A stretch of DNA of 64,000 nucleotides from Kudoa neothunni (lineage: Eukaryota > Animalia > Cnidaria), in NCBI GenBank assembly GCA_964304625.1, contig OZ199839.1:2048093-2112092 (forward strand), in the 5' to 3' direction. A model generated the notes under the pieces. That model did no database searches. It saw only the letters and a program-made list of their open reading frames with translations, and was not told the DNA's origin. Position 1 is the first letter of the stretch. Every line of letters begins with the position of its first letter. A program made the translations under genes and the position numbers. Shown here one piece after another: positions 13,461 through 25,544 of the stretch.

Positions 13461-14522
13461 ATTGTGTCCATAAGTTCGCATGTGCAAACTATGTATAATT
13501 TCAAAATCCCAATCTATAGGTTACAGGAACCAACAATTTTTGGTAAAATGCCATATCAGCTCAGTTAAAATTTCTAAGAGTGTATCGACTGTCGGATTTA
13601 ATTAACTATAATCAGAATTCACATTACACATAACGGATTAAAATTTGTTGTCGAAAGACACACCCTTCGGAGAATGTTTGAATAAGAATAAATGTTTCAC
13701 TTACATGGATATTTATTGACACAGTATCGAAACATAAAGATATCCCTCTTAAACATATGATACAGATAAAATGTTCATACCGAGACGCTAACTAAAATGT
13801 TTTTATTTTCGTACACACACTGAGATGATCTTAACCCGATTATGAATCGTGATAGTCCACATTTAAAAGTAACACCGTGCGCCAAATCGGTGATTTGATT
13901 GAGATTTACTCCCAACATGTTATATGCACTCTCAATTTCATTTTTGATTTAAATAATTCTTATTTAAAGTCGCAAAAAAACGTCAGTATTATAATTTAAC
14001 TGGGTGCAATTTTCTTAAGCTGTTGTGATCGTTTCGGCAAACCAAAAATAATCAAATATGGTCGAAATTACACATTATGGTGGCAATAAATTTTAGAATC
14101 CATGAGTAACTCCTTACTGTAAGTTTTAACAGCAAAATTTATAGAAAACACAAAAATATATCACCATAAATTTATTCGTTCATTTGTATAACTTTTAAAA
14201 GTAATATATGTTTATCGATAAGTTTTGATGACGTATTTGGAATTAATCCGCACAATTTGTCTCATTCGGCAAAATTCATCCAGCATCGCTGTATTAACTT
14301 TAAAATGAAAATCTTTTTTTTTCATTATTAACGAATTGCTAATTGATTAATAATCGAAATAAAAGCGAAAGTACTTATAATAACAAAAATTAACGTTCCT
14401 AGACAAATTATCCCCATTTTCACTAAGCTGTTATATAATTTTTTTTCTCTGCTATAGAAAATCTTATAATGTTTGATACCTTTAAATGCACGTCAATAGA
14501 CATGCATGTTATTTATTGTGCG

Positions 14523-14532
14523 GTCACGTGAC
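14523..14532. promoter_or_regulatory. Palindromic E-box (GTCACGTGAC, CLEAR/USF type) upstream of IGBP1
   Basis: Perfect 10-bp palindrome about 80 nt before the ATG at 14610. Confidence 0.4.
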
Positions 14533-14609
14533 ACCATAACCTGCAACTGAACTGAACTGATCGACACTTTTTATTCAGTTTTTAGTTAGTTTTTCTAAGG
14601 GTATCTTTA

Positions 14610-17600
14610 ATGAGTGAGTCATTATTTGATCAATTTTCAACATTTGAAACTTCAATCTTGACCGATAATGGCCAGCCAGCGGATGATAAAATGATAGATC
14701 AAGCCCTGAATATCATGAAACAAATGAATACTGTGTGTCTTTTTAGTACAAACGAAACATTGGAAGAAGTTACAACCAGTTCACTGGCGTACAATGAATG
14801 ATGCTTACCCGTAGAAGATTAACTTGTTCATTTTTTAGCATGCTAAAAATGCCCTATTATGTTGGGGATATGTATTATCGTAAGAAATATAACTCGGAAA
14901 CTAGGAAACAGGATCTCAACTATAGTAAGGTATTATTTTATTTGTATTACATTCGTTTATGTAATATCTCAACAACCAAACCTCTTAAAATTAGGTGTAT
15001 ATTGTCAACTTTTGTAATATTTGCAACGACTATAAGCTTATTGATCAAGTATGTCTAATTTTCTGATACCCTTTTTAAAACTTTGCAGAAATGGAAATCA
15101 ATAATAATAGATTTAATAAACAACAAAAATAGCAATGACAATAGTCTCAGCCATTCTATTCTGAGTAGAAGTTTTTTGGTTGAATTGTTTGATGAACAAC
15201 GCAAGTTGAAAGTTGCTATTAAGGTAATTTTATTGATGAGATTTTCGTAATGTAATTGTAAAATTCTAGCTAGTTAATGAACAATTGAAAAAATGTTTGA
15301 AGGATGAAGGTGGGCATGATGAAGAATTTGTGGTACGCAAACTTTCGTTTTGTTTTATGTACTATCTGAAATTTAGAGGAATTTCCAGTTAGAAAATATA
15401 CGTCTGTTTATTTACCAATCAATCGATCTACTAAATAATATCAACAGTAAGTGAGGATTGTTAAAATTAACGCGCACATTGTTCCGCTAAAAATTAATCA
15501 TAGTACAATTGTGCGAATACGAGGAAATTTTATCTCTACGACTCCGATTCATAAAACCTTGCATTGTTATTTAATTATACAAGATATTTAATTTCAGACG
15601 GTGCGTTTTTTCCGTTATGAATATTATAACAATTGATTATAATCTCATCAATATTCATTTTTGAGTATAGCTTTCTTTGGATCAGAATAAAAAAATTGTA
15701 ATTAATAAGATTCATAACTAAATTTGCCGCTGTAGAGGTTATACAATGATGAATTCAACATTTATAAACGCATGCATGATTACTTGTATCTGACATATTA
15801 CATTTTGTGTATAATTTGGTAATTAATTCAAGTTCTTTTTCTCTAAAATTTTTTTAATCAGTCGTAAAACATTATACCACTATCATTTCAAAATGAAATT
15901 TGAGAAATTCGAGAAATTCTTCCGTTTTTATTTTTATTAAATTCTGCTACATATAGTAAACAACTTTTAATGCAAAATAACTAAAATCAAATTTCGTCCA
16001 CTAACTAATTAAATAACTACAATAAGTAACCGGTATTACACACTTTCATTGATACTACGTATTCAAAGTTTATATTGGTTGAAACATTTTACAAGATTTT
16101 TGCGATTGTAACAAGATAAAGTCTTATAAATATTTTTGAATTAAACTAGGAAATTATCAATCTGTTATACCGGGTTTTGCATCCAAAGTCGAACTATTTG
16201 ATAGTCATAGTCGAAATTTTAATAACCAAATTTAAAGTTATTAAAAATATTAGATTTACTGTTAAGGTGTATTAGAGCTTAGTTAATGCAATGGAAGAGA
16301 GTACATAACGCAACTAAACAAAAAGTAATCGATAAATTGTTATTTTACGTTTCGGTTAATTTCTTTCAGTATCAAGTAATGCATGACATTTTCCAAGGAA
16401 AGTTTCCGCATGCTGATAATAATTTTTCAAATTATTGGAACATACAGAATTGGAGGCTTCTTTCATCCCATTGAGGAGATCATCTCTTCCTCTTATAGGG
16501 CCGTCGCGCCGAATTTTTGATTTTATTTGTGAAAAAACTTCCTCACAGGGATTTAAGAAAGGGCTATACCTTGGCAAGTAAACTACTTCGTAATCATATT
16601 CATCATAAAATTCCATATTGGTACGATGAAAGCGAACATTATCCATGACGACCGTGAAATCGTCACTTCCTAAAATCTCATTCAATTTTGTCAAAAATCC
16701 TTGGAATATCTCATGATTAACGTTACTAAAAACCGCCTCACAATGCACTACATTGGTGGCACTTACAGCTAATATCATGGTGATGTTATCTCCCCTACTG
16801 TTCCTAATCACAGGATTAGGAGTCTGGCCCCTCAGCGCTCTTCCATGATTCCTCAATATATGTAGAGTAAAAGGACTTTCGTCCATAAAAATTACGTTAT
16901 TGTATCTCCAATTAATGGAGATGCTTGAATACCACTCTGCATACACTCTTCGCTCCAATTTAACCGATTCGCAATTTCTACTTTGTGGAATAGGTCTCGC
17001 AAGTTTGAATGTCATGTTCATTGATTTTAACCATCTCCAAACCGTAGTAGGATGGACGGTCAGGTTCAGCTTGTCAATCATCGATTGTAATGTGATGGTG
17101 CAATCATCCTCTATTAATTTTATCAAGTTGTTCTTCACCTCTGGAGTAAGGGAGATATTTCTACAACCTCCGTTAGGTGCTTTATGGATTTTTTCTGAAC
17201 TTCTATAGTCTTTGATTATTCCACAAAGAGTTGATTTGGGAATGCCAAAAGATTCAGCAACTTCTCGCTGGCTCTTACCCTTATTTACAACCAAATCTAT
17301 CACTCTCCCGCGGTTCCCATTCGAATGACTTTGCTGCTTTGACATCCTAACCAACGTGAGAACAATTCAGTACAACTCGTCTTAAAAGTTCAATTCGTGA
17401 TCAAAAAAAGGTCATTTAGAATGTTTAAAGTTCGACTTTGGATGCAAAACCCGGTATCACGCGACTAACCGATAATACACATTTTTTCGGCCAAAAAAAC
17501 GTAGATTAAATTTTATTTATTGAAATTGGAAATGAGGGATGAATTTTAATTCAGAGGGTTGATTTTTTGAACGAATAAAAAAGTTATTCGAGATATCTAT

Positions 17601-20115
17601 CAAAAAATGATCATTTCTATGAGAATAGAATAACTTTTATTTTAAGACAATGTTAGTTGCCGATTAAGGAATGCTATAGATGCACACAAATAAAAATTTT
17701 TCGTATTGCGCTAAAAAATAAATAAGAAATAAAATGGTATTAATAATTTTTTAGAACTGACCATTCACTAAATTTTATCCCTGTATAAAAGAATATAAAT
17801 ATTTTATCAATAAATATCATAAAAACAAAAATTACAAATTATTTTTCGGCAAAATAATCCAAATAATGTTTTTTGTTATTCCACTTAAATAGAAGGTGTA
17901 ATATCCATGCTGAAAAATAAAGAAAACACACTATAGCTGCGCGCGCACACATGTGTGTATTTCGGTTGCGATCAAGACCCGGGGTTTTTATGGTCAACTC
18001 GGGTTCTTGAGTGTTTTTTTCATCTTTAGAAAATCTTGGTCATTTATTGAAGACATGTAAACATTGAATAATAACACAAAATTTTATATATGGGACATTA
18101 ATATTTATATTTTATTGTAACGTATCCTATTTAGATTATATCATGCAGGTTTTAAACATTTTCGATATTAAACGACAGTCTATTACAGGGGTGGTGAAAC
18201 CGCGGCTGGCGAGCTCACGTGGCTTTAGGAAGTTGACGTGCGAATTTTAAAAAATTTGGACTTGACCTATCGTATCGTTCCATAAAATTTTGCTCATAAA
18301 GTTATTTGGATTCTTTGAAAGTCATGAGATCATGCATTTATAAGGAATAAAAACGCATGAATTTAATATTAATTCATTATCAATTAAAACTTTTAGACAA
18401 AATATAAATATAATAACAAATCCCGAAATTTAATTTTTACTCCTAGTGATTTCTTAAAATTTGAAGTTCATTAAATGTGGCTTCTATTTTATGCAAGTCT
18501 GGCCATTCCTGGCTTATTAGATTAAAGTGATACGAATACATTATTACTCATTAAACATTGTCGTACATTATCAGAAAATTTAAACGTTATTTAAAATATA
18601 TCTTGAATTATGAAGTAATTAATTAATTAATTCTGAGTATATTGGTCTATATTAGAAATCAAGTATGAGTGAATGTTCGCGCCAAAAAATTGTAATAATA
18701 TGATGATAAATTTAAATGTAATATCTGAAGATGTAGTTATAAAATCGAAAGATTAAAAACTTTAAAAGATACGATTCTATTTTTATTGTGCTTTAAACAA
18801 GCGTTTTTCTCGGCATGGGTTTTTTAAACCCCGCTGGCAGCTCTGGCTAATACATTTTTTTTCTGATGGACCCCTGAGGTTAACGTATTATCGATTACCT
18901 ACTGTAACTAAATAATTATATGGTTCATAATACTTCACATATATTTTTGTGTTTAAGATATGTTATAAAGTAGATTAAATTATATTAAATTATTTTTAAA
19001 AATTTTCTACTTAAAGGGTTGTTTACTTGATTTACAAACAATTTTTACTATTTATCAAGCAATATAGTTTTATTTCTGCAATTTGAATTAAAAATATTGG
19101 CATATCAATTAATTAAGAATATGGAGATTTAAAAGAAACCCGCTTCAACAGAGGAGTACTATACTTTTTTTAATAATCGGTAATTAATTTTTGATTAATA
19201 TATATATATATATAGGCATTTGCTCAGATATAATATAGATTTATATAAGAATTAAATGTATAACTTTAGTTATAACAAAATTATTAATAATTAATACAGA
19301 AATATTTTTGTTTTAAATATTGCATTGTTGTACATGCTACATTGTATATGTCGAACGGTGATGGGTGGTACTTTTATCCGGATAATCGAACATTAGCGAC
19401 ACGTAATTTCAATAAAATCCAAATAAAATTTAAAATATCTCACGGATAGCGCGATTTCCGGATAATCGAAGTTCGACTGGAATTTGAAATCAATTCATAT
19501 AACGAGCTTTATGTTAATTTTTAAATTCAAACAGTTAGTTTTTAAAACATGATTAGCGATGTGTTATGTAAACTTGTGATTAGGGGAATTAGCCGTACTA
19601 AATACACCAGAAGAGCTGAGAAATCCCCGCCAAAACAACACAAACAACAACTCCATAAAATTAGACTTAGATTCAACTTCCAAAAATCCGCCATCAATCA
19701 AACTGCTAAAAATCAATAAGATAGTATGACATTATCCATTCGACCAGTACATATATGTTTATGTTGTAGAATGAAGTGTTTGGATTGGGCTATCCAAGTC
19801 TACCAACCGTCACTCTGGACCAATGGGTTGATCAACAGATTGCTGATGGATTCATTAATTTGAAGTAGCTGATTATTTTTTTTCATTCCAGTAACATTGA
19901 TCCAAGTCGAAAACATCCTTCTCACACCAACTCCGACGAAGAACAGGAAATTTCCGATGAGAAAATTGATGATCCACAACAGCTGGCCAAAGAAAGGAAC
20001 TTTGACGAATTTAAAGATGGTATTCAACACTTGCGCTCATGAAAATCAAACTAATTAATTTTTTTAATTAATAGATAATCGACGCGGGAAAGGAAATAGA
20101 ATCAATCAAGGCTAA
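14610..20115 (+). CDS. IGBP1: Immunoglobulin-binding protein 1 / alpha4 / TAP42, PP2A-family phosphatase regulator (about 10 exons)
   Basis: Spliced peptide has LFSTNETLEEVTTSSL, DEEFVRNFQL and the diagnostic C-terminus NEVFGLGYPSLPTVTLDQW ... KERNFDEFKDDNRRGKGNRINQG*. Short GT-AG introns plus one long intron at 15447-19583. Confidence 0.9.
16170..17454 (-). mobile_element. Apparently intact IS630/Tc1-mariner superfamily transposon, 1285 bp
   Basis: Perfect 26-bp TIRs CCGGGTTTTGCATCCAAAGTCGAACT (16170-16195 and 17429-17454), TA on both flanks, uninterrupted transposase ORF. Confidence 0.95.
16356..17345 (-). CDS. IS630/Tc1-like DDE transposase (329 aa from ATG)
   Basis: N-terminal HTH (SQREVAESFGIPKSTL), then FMDES, VMDNVRFH and YLPRYSPFLNPCEEVFS motifs. 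Confidence 0.95.
   Translation of the reverse strand: MSKQQSHSNGNRGRVIDLVVNKGKSQREVAESFGIPKSTLCGIIKDYRSSEKIHKAPNGGCRNISLTPEVKNNLIKLIEDDCTITLQSMIDKLNLTVHPTTVWRWLKSMNMTFKLARPIPQSRNCESVKLERRVYAEWYSSISINWRYNNVIFMDESPFTLHILRNHGRALRGQTPNPVIRNSRGDNITMILAVSATNVVHCEAVFSNVNHEIFQGFLTKLNEILGSDDFTVVMDNVRFHRTNMEFYDEYDYEVVYLPRYSPFLNPCEEVFSQIKSKIRRDGPIRGRDDLLNGMKEASNSVCSNNLKNYYQHAETFLGKCHALLDTERN
17975..18845. mobile_element. hAT-type MITE, family A copy 2 (left end degraded)
   Basis: Colinear similarity to 12734-13460; right end ctggcagctctg. Confidence 0.75.
18186..18511. mobile_element. Small hAT-type MITE nested in family A copy 2
   Basis: caggggtgg ... ccattcctg ends, TSD gtctatta/gcttatta; absent from the other family A copies. 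Confidence 0.7.
18995..19479. mobile_element. pogo/Tigger-type MITE (partial), inverted homologue of 60794-61365
   Basis: End ccggataatcgaagttcgactg; the interior aligns with the reverse complement of about 60800-61340. Confidence 0.65.
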
Positions 20116-20211
20116 CAACATTTTATCACAACACTACATAGGAATTATATGTTATAGTTATTTTTGTAATTTTGTAGTGTTTGTGATTGCTACAAAAACT
20201 CACGTTGGCTC

Positions 20212-20730
20212 TCAGTCGGAATGGATGGTAGTTTGAAAATAATTAGGTGGTCCAATAAGAACCGGCATCCCTTCGGAGTGATGTACAAGATAAGTACTCA
20301 CACTTCCGAGAAATGTCCTTTTCAAAATGTTCGATCGACTACTTCCGACAATAATAAAATCTGCTTTTATTTCGTGGGCGAAATTTAACAAACACTCTCC
20401 AACTTCCTTGTCACTTGGTTGTAATAATTCCGAATGAATTTTGAGATGGAGATATTCATAATTTTTATGATTTTTACCCTCGTTACAGTAGGTGGACAAC
20501 GTCAGCTTTTGAGTTTCTACCGCTTTCGAAAGTCTCTCCTCATACTCATCAGGTATTAGGAAAGTTCCTGAAAATGCTAATGTTGTGTCCAATGCCGGTG
20601 GATCAAACACTGATACTATCCATAGGTTATCGTTTTGGTTTGCCACATAATCTAAATAGTACAGGAAAGAAGCATGAGATGTTTGAGAATCATCCAAGCC
20701 AATTAACACTTTTCTGGAGGAAGTTACCAT
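20212..20730 (-). CDS. Universal stress protein (UspA domain), intronless
   Basis: RKVLIGLDDSQTS at the N-terminus and ADFIIVGS..KRTFLGSVSTYLVHHS..PVLI at the C-terminus. Confidence 0.92.
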   Translation of the reverse strand: MVTSSRKVLIGLDDSQTSHASFLYYLDYVANQNDNLWIVSVFDPPALDTTLAFSGTFLIPDEYEERLSKAVETQKLTLSTYCNEGKNHKNYEYLHLKIHSELLQPSDKEVGECLLNFAHEIKADFIIVGSSRSNILKRTFLGSVSTYLVHHSEGMPVLIGPPNYFQTTIHSD

Positions 20731-21270
20731 TTAAATTCTCATCGACTTTGATCGGGTTATTTCGTTATCAACAGGTTTTGTATCTGTTACAGCTTTTCCT
20801 CAAATAATTTTATCTTGTTTTTAAAAATATTAACTCACATTTGGTATTATGGATTTATTAATATCAAACTGGGAATTCTGGAAGTTTTTTAGGGGAAAAT
20901 TAAACTTCGAGATTACCTTAGATATTGTATTAAGAATTTAATAAAGAGCCACTAAGTTAACTTAAAAACATGAGATATTAACCGTTATATTTATCAATGT
21001 GATATCGCGATTAAATTCCATTACTTGTATTAAACACGCCGAAAACCATGTTGAATGTCAGCAAATAGTCCTCTTCGCTATCTAATCCTCAGTTCTAGTT
21101 TACTTCAAATCTCTTATGGTTACCAAAGCTGCTGGTATTACTTATTTTGCGGCTTATAATTCTGGATTAGTCGGTGTTAATTCTGTAGATATGGGATTAT
21201 GGATTTGAAGGATCTTATAATTTATAGGCACTGGCTATTGACACGAAAGTTTTTAATCCAAATTGACAAC

Positions 21271-21460
21271 AACGCTTGCGCGCTGTCCATTTTAATCCCA
21301 GTAACTTCTATTCATGGTCTATTTATAAAATCCATTTTTTAGAATCTGCTGTATTTAATTATTTTTGACCCATCGCTAACGTTCCTAGGGGCCAAAAATA
21401 ATTAAATACAGTCAAAACTATATCTACCTGGATATTGTGATCGTGCCAATAGCCACTTCC
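21271..21460. repeat. Hairpin-cored dispersed repeat of unknown nature (related copies at about 875-1040 and 21745-21880)
   Basis: Inverted arms ctgtatttaattatttttg / caaaaataattaaatacag; colinear similarity to the two other loci. Confidence 0.6.
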
Positions 21461-24060
21461 TTGTTTTTATTTATATTTAATCCTTAAGTTTTGTTAGTGG
21501 TTTGATAAAGTTAAGCCGGGCTGTATGATATTGGATTATAATAAAAGTTCGTTGGTTAAGTTTAAATATTTTTACTATTTCCCAATGAATGGCAAATAAA
21601 TTTGACTCTTGGTATAGTTTATTTTTTGAGAGGTTTACAGGTAACGCAGATTGAGGGGGAGCACAATTAATTTAATCCTATATTGCATACACGTATGTGC
21701 GGGTTACATTTTTTATTGCGAGGACTCCCTTTTACTGTTGAGGTATAAAGTTTATTTTCTCGAATCAGCTGTATTCAATTATCTTCAATCAATTTCTGCG
21801 ACGCTTGGAGACTTCAAATGATTAGCTACAGTCAAAACTGCACTCCTCTGGATTTATGATGCATGCCAAGAGACACTTTCTCGATAATAGATTTTCATAG
21901 ACTGTGCCACAATTCCTTTGTAAATTTAAATTTTACAAATACTATGTTGTCAAATATCAAATGGGAACTCTTAAATTAATTTTGAAATTTTCAGTTCAAA
22001 ATTGTAGGTTAAACAAAACCAATCTTTACAGGAGTTTATGAGTATGTCACAAATAAATCCCTCAGAACTAGTAAGGATTTAAATTAATACAAAAATAGGA
22101 TTGTCTCTATATCACTTTTTTCAAAAGATTAAAAGTAATGAATGTTTAGTACGAGCCAGTGATATCATTACACGCACATGCGCATACATAGATGAGGGTC
22201 TTAATTATAGGAATATTTAACTAAATATCGCATAAGGAATTCAGAAAATTATTTTAAACTGAAGAAAAATTTTATTTAAAACAATGCCAACAATTTTTAG
22301 ATGTAATGCGAAAAAGTACTTGAATCTGCTATCTTGTTATTAAGATTCAAACTTTTTAAATTGTTGTTCATTTTATTAGCGGTATTTATTAAAGAAAAAT
22401 CTTATTTTATTGGATAAAATAATACATGTTGTAAATCACTTCAGGATTTTACTCAATATAAATTTCAATAGGTGGAAGTTGCCGTTATCAAAGTAATAAT
22501 AATTAACAAGAACTCTATGGTTCAGTTTTTAGAACAATAATACACAAAAGAATATAATATATTAGGCAATCGATTTTGCATATTTTTATGCGCATGCACA
22601 TCATAATTATATATCCCATTTTTGGAGTTTAAAAGAAAAAATTAACGTCCTTCCACTTAAATAATGCAAATAGATAAAAATTACACAAAAAACCATATGA
22701 TACGTAGTTTTAATCAAACAAAATAAATTATTTTGGTTTTTGTCATACTTTGACACACTATGACGTATACACGTCAATTTCCAATTTCAACAACAATCTA
22801 AAACGCTCAAAACTTTTTTTAATTGGCAAGAAAATTTAATTCTTTTTTCGAGGAGGTCATTTAGGATTGCTATATTTCATATATTGAAATGTCTCAAAAT
22901 AACTATTTTATCGTTTATAAATCGATGATTTTCGAATTATTTTATGAATTTGTGTTTTTCTCCAAATTTTCTTACGTCTTTACCTTTGCTTATCGCCAAA
23001 ATTCTAATTTTTCTGGGGATAATGCTATATTGAACGACAGAGTGCCCCGAAAAAAGTGTGCGAAATCGACACGTCGCGTGATTTGGGGTATATATTTTGT
23101 AACAGTTACGGTCAATTATTTGAATATAAATTACCGTTAAGTTTAATATATTTGTTGATATAAACGTTGGAATCATAAATAATTTCACAAAAATGTGCAA
23201 AATCTATTACCGACTGTAGTAACAAGATTAAAATTTGCTTTTATAGATAAAATCATAAAATTCAGTTCAAAAATCACGGTTATAAATGTAGATGCTCTAT
23301 TTAAAGATTTGAAAATTGTTAAAATTAATATTTGTACATTCACAATCTGAAATTATTTATAGATAAATTTTAGTTTGAAAAATCTGGATACAATAACATT
23401 GTGATTTTTTTGGATTCTACTTTCAGCTAATATATTTTTAGCATGATTCAAAAAAGTAATTGATCTACTATGTTATCACAATATTAATATCATTTGTATT
23501 TTTATTATAGATCGTAAATTGATCGATTTAGAAACATTTTTTTACGATAATTATCTCGATGGTGATTTTGTAAAAAATGACCTTAGTATATCTAAAAAGT
23601 TTAAAATTCCTATGTTTTTAAATTATTTACATACATCAAAACTTTCTTTAATCATTTATTAAGTTTAAATAGTAATGTAAGCAATAATTTTTTCTCACTT
23701 TTGAACTCAAATAACTCCCGTGAATAAATTTTTTAGAATATGGATGATAAAAATATCTTAAAGTTATTTAATTTTCATATTAAATGTATCCGCTTAAATT
23801 ATTTACTTAAGAAGTATTATTATTATTATTAATAAATTAATTCAATTCAAACAAATATCAAGAAATTATCGGCGCGTCGATAACGACAAACAAACCACTA
23901 ACTGCACAATAAATATTCTTTCTTTCATCAAAGAATTTGTAATAAAAAAATATTCTTATATTAATCGATAATGATGGTAATTATTAAATATTGATTCAGT
24001 TTTAAATAATTTTTACAATAATAATTTATTCTAAAATATTAAATGTTTTTGGTATATTCA

Positions 24061-25415
24061 TTAAGCCTCCGAGCGTCTCTGGGGTCAATATGTCGATATT
24101 ACCCCAGATGGCATTCAGTCATGTTTTAATCCAACTTAGAAGTCAAATTTATACTTAAAACTTGACTATTCTCATAAGAATTCTTGCTCTTTCTAAATTA
24201 AAGGTATTGAATGTTATTTGGAAATAAATAAGCTTTGCACAAAAAATACTTACACACTCCCTCTTTTAGGGTCAATATGACCCCAGTCATTTATCTCAAG
24301 AAAGCTATTTTATACATTTCAATACTATATATTAAATATTTGTAAACAATTTCTTTAATTGAAATTTATATTTTGTTAAATTAACACAGAGAAAAATAAA
24401 AAATTTAAATCCCGATGTTGACCGATAATCGCCGGCGATGCAAATTTTTAACGATGAGCGAGTTTGACCACGATTTATTGTCAAATGACGATACTGAGGT
24501 CAGTGAAATTTATGAAGAAATTCAATAATTTAATTTTACATCTGAATCTGATTTTTATAACGACGAAATAGCTGAAAATTGCTATGTTGATAAAAATGGA
24601 GATAAATGATCGATTCAAAAACCTAAAATAGCAGTAACCAGAAGTTGTACCCCATTATAATCAATACAGGGGTGGTGTAGACACAGTCGGCATGATTATA
24701 TCAACAACAAGAGTCAAAAAATACACACATCAATAACCAACAGCTATTTTCCACAATATGATTGATATTAGCTTAATTAACACATTTCACATTTACAAGA
24801 ATATTTTTTTCAAATTAAAATTTTTAGAACAGTTCGCTGATAGTTTAGTGAAGCGTTATATTCGGGATAACATTGAATAAGTTGAACAAAATGTTGCGAC
24901 TAGCGAGCATCGTTCTAATAGAAAAAGATGTTATCCATTTGACCATGTTCGAGACAAAAATAAAAACATTCAGTACCGTTGAATAATTGCATTGTGAAAA
25001 CCACTCTAAACTTACGCGCCCAAAAATGTTTCAAATAAATTAATTATTAGGTTTCAAAAAATATATTAACTCTTCATTTTTCTTTATAGATGATCGATTT
25101 TTTAACTCTTAAAAACATATCTTATTCTAATTTTATCAAATATATGAAACTTCATCAATAGGAATGGTCATACGACTTAAATTAGTCAAATAATGATTTA
25201 TATACACAAATTTTTGCTTTGGACATTATTCGTACAATCTCCCGGGCGTTATTTTTAGTCATTGCTCCAGAATTAATGATTAGATTTAAGTTTAATCCCC
25301 ATAAAACGTTATAAAATATTTTATTGTACTATTATAGGCGAAAAGATATATGGGATCATATTGACCCCAAAAGAAGGAGAGCGTACTGTCGATTTTAGGG
25401 CGCTCGGAAGGTTAA
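24061..25415. mobile_element. Non-autonomous piggyBac element
   Basis: TTAA-gcctccgagcg ... cgctcggaagg-TTAA, with subterminal ggggtcaatatgacccc palindromes. Confidence 0.75.
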
Positions 25416-25544
25416 GTCCCTTTAAAAATCGAATACCGATTAAAACCTGATATAGAACGCCAGTTCGATACCAATGCTGGTACTGGTGAAACACTAATCA
25501 AAACCAAGGTTTCATTTAGATGACGTACATTTGTTCGTAGTGAC

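Noticed and set aside
19800-20030. Minus-strand 76-aa membrane protein ORF
   Set aside because: It is the antisense of IGBP1 3' exons.
21271-21310. SRP RNA Alu-domain resemblance (taatcccagtaact)
   Set aside because: No S-domain helix 8 motif downstream; the match is too short.
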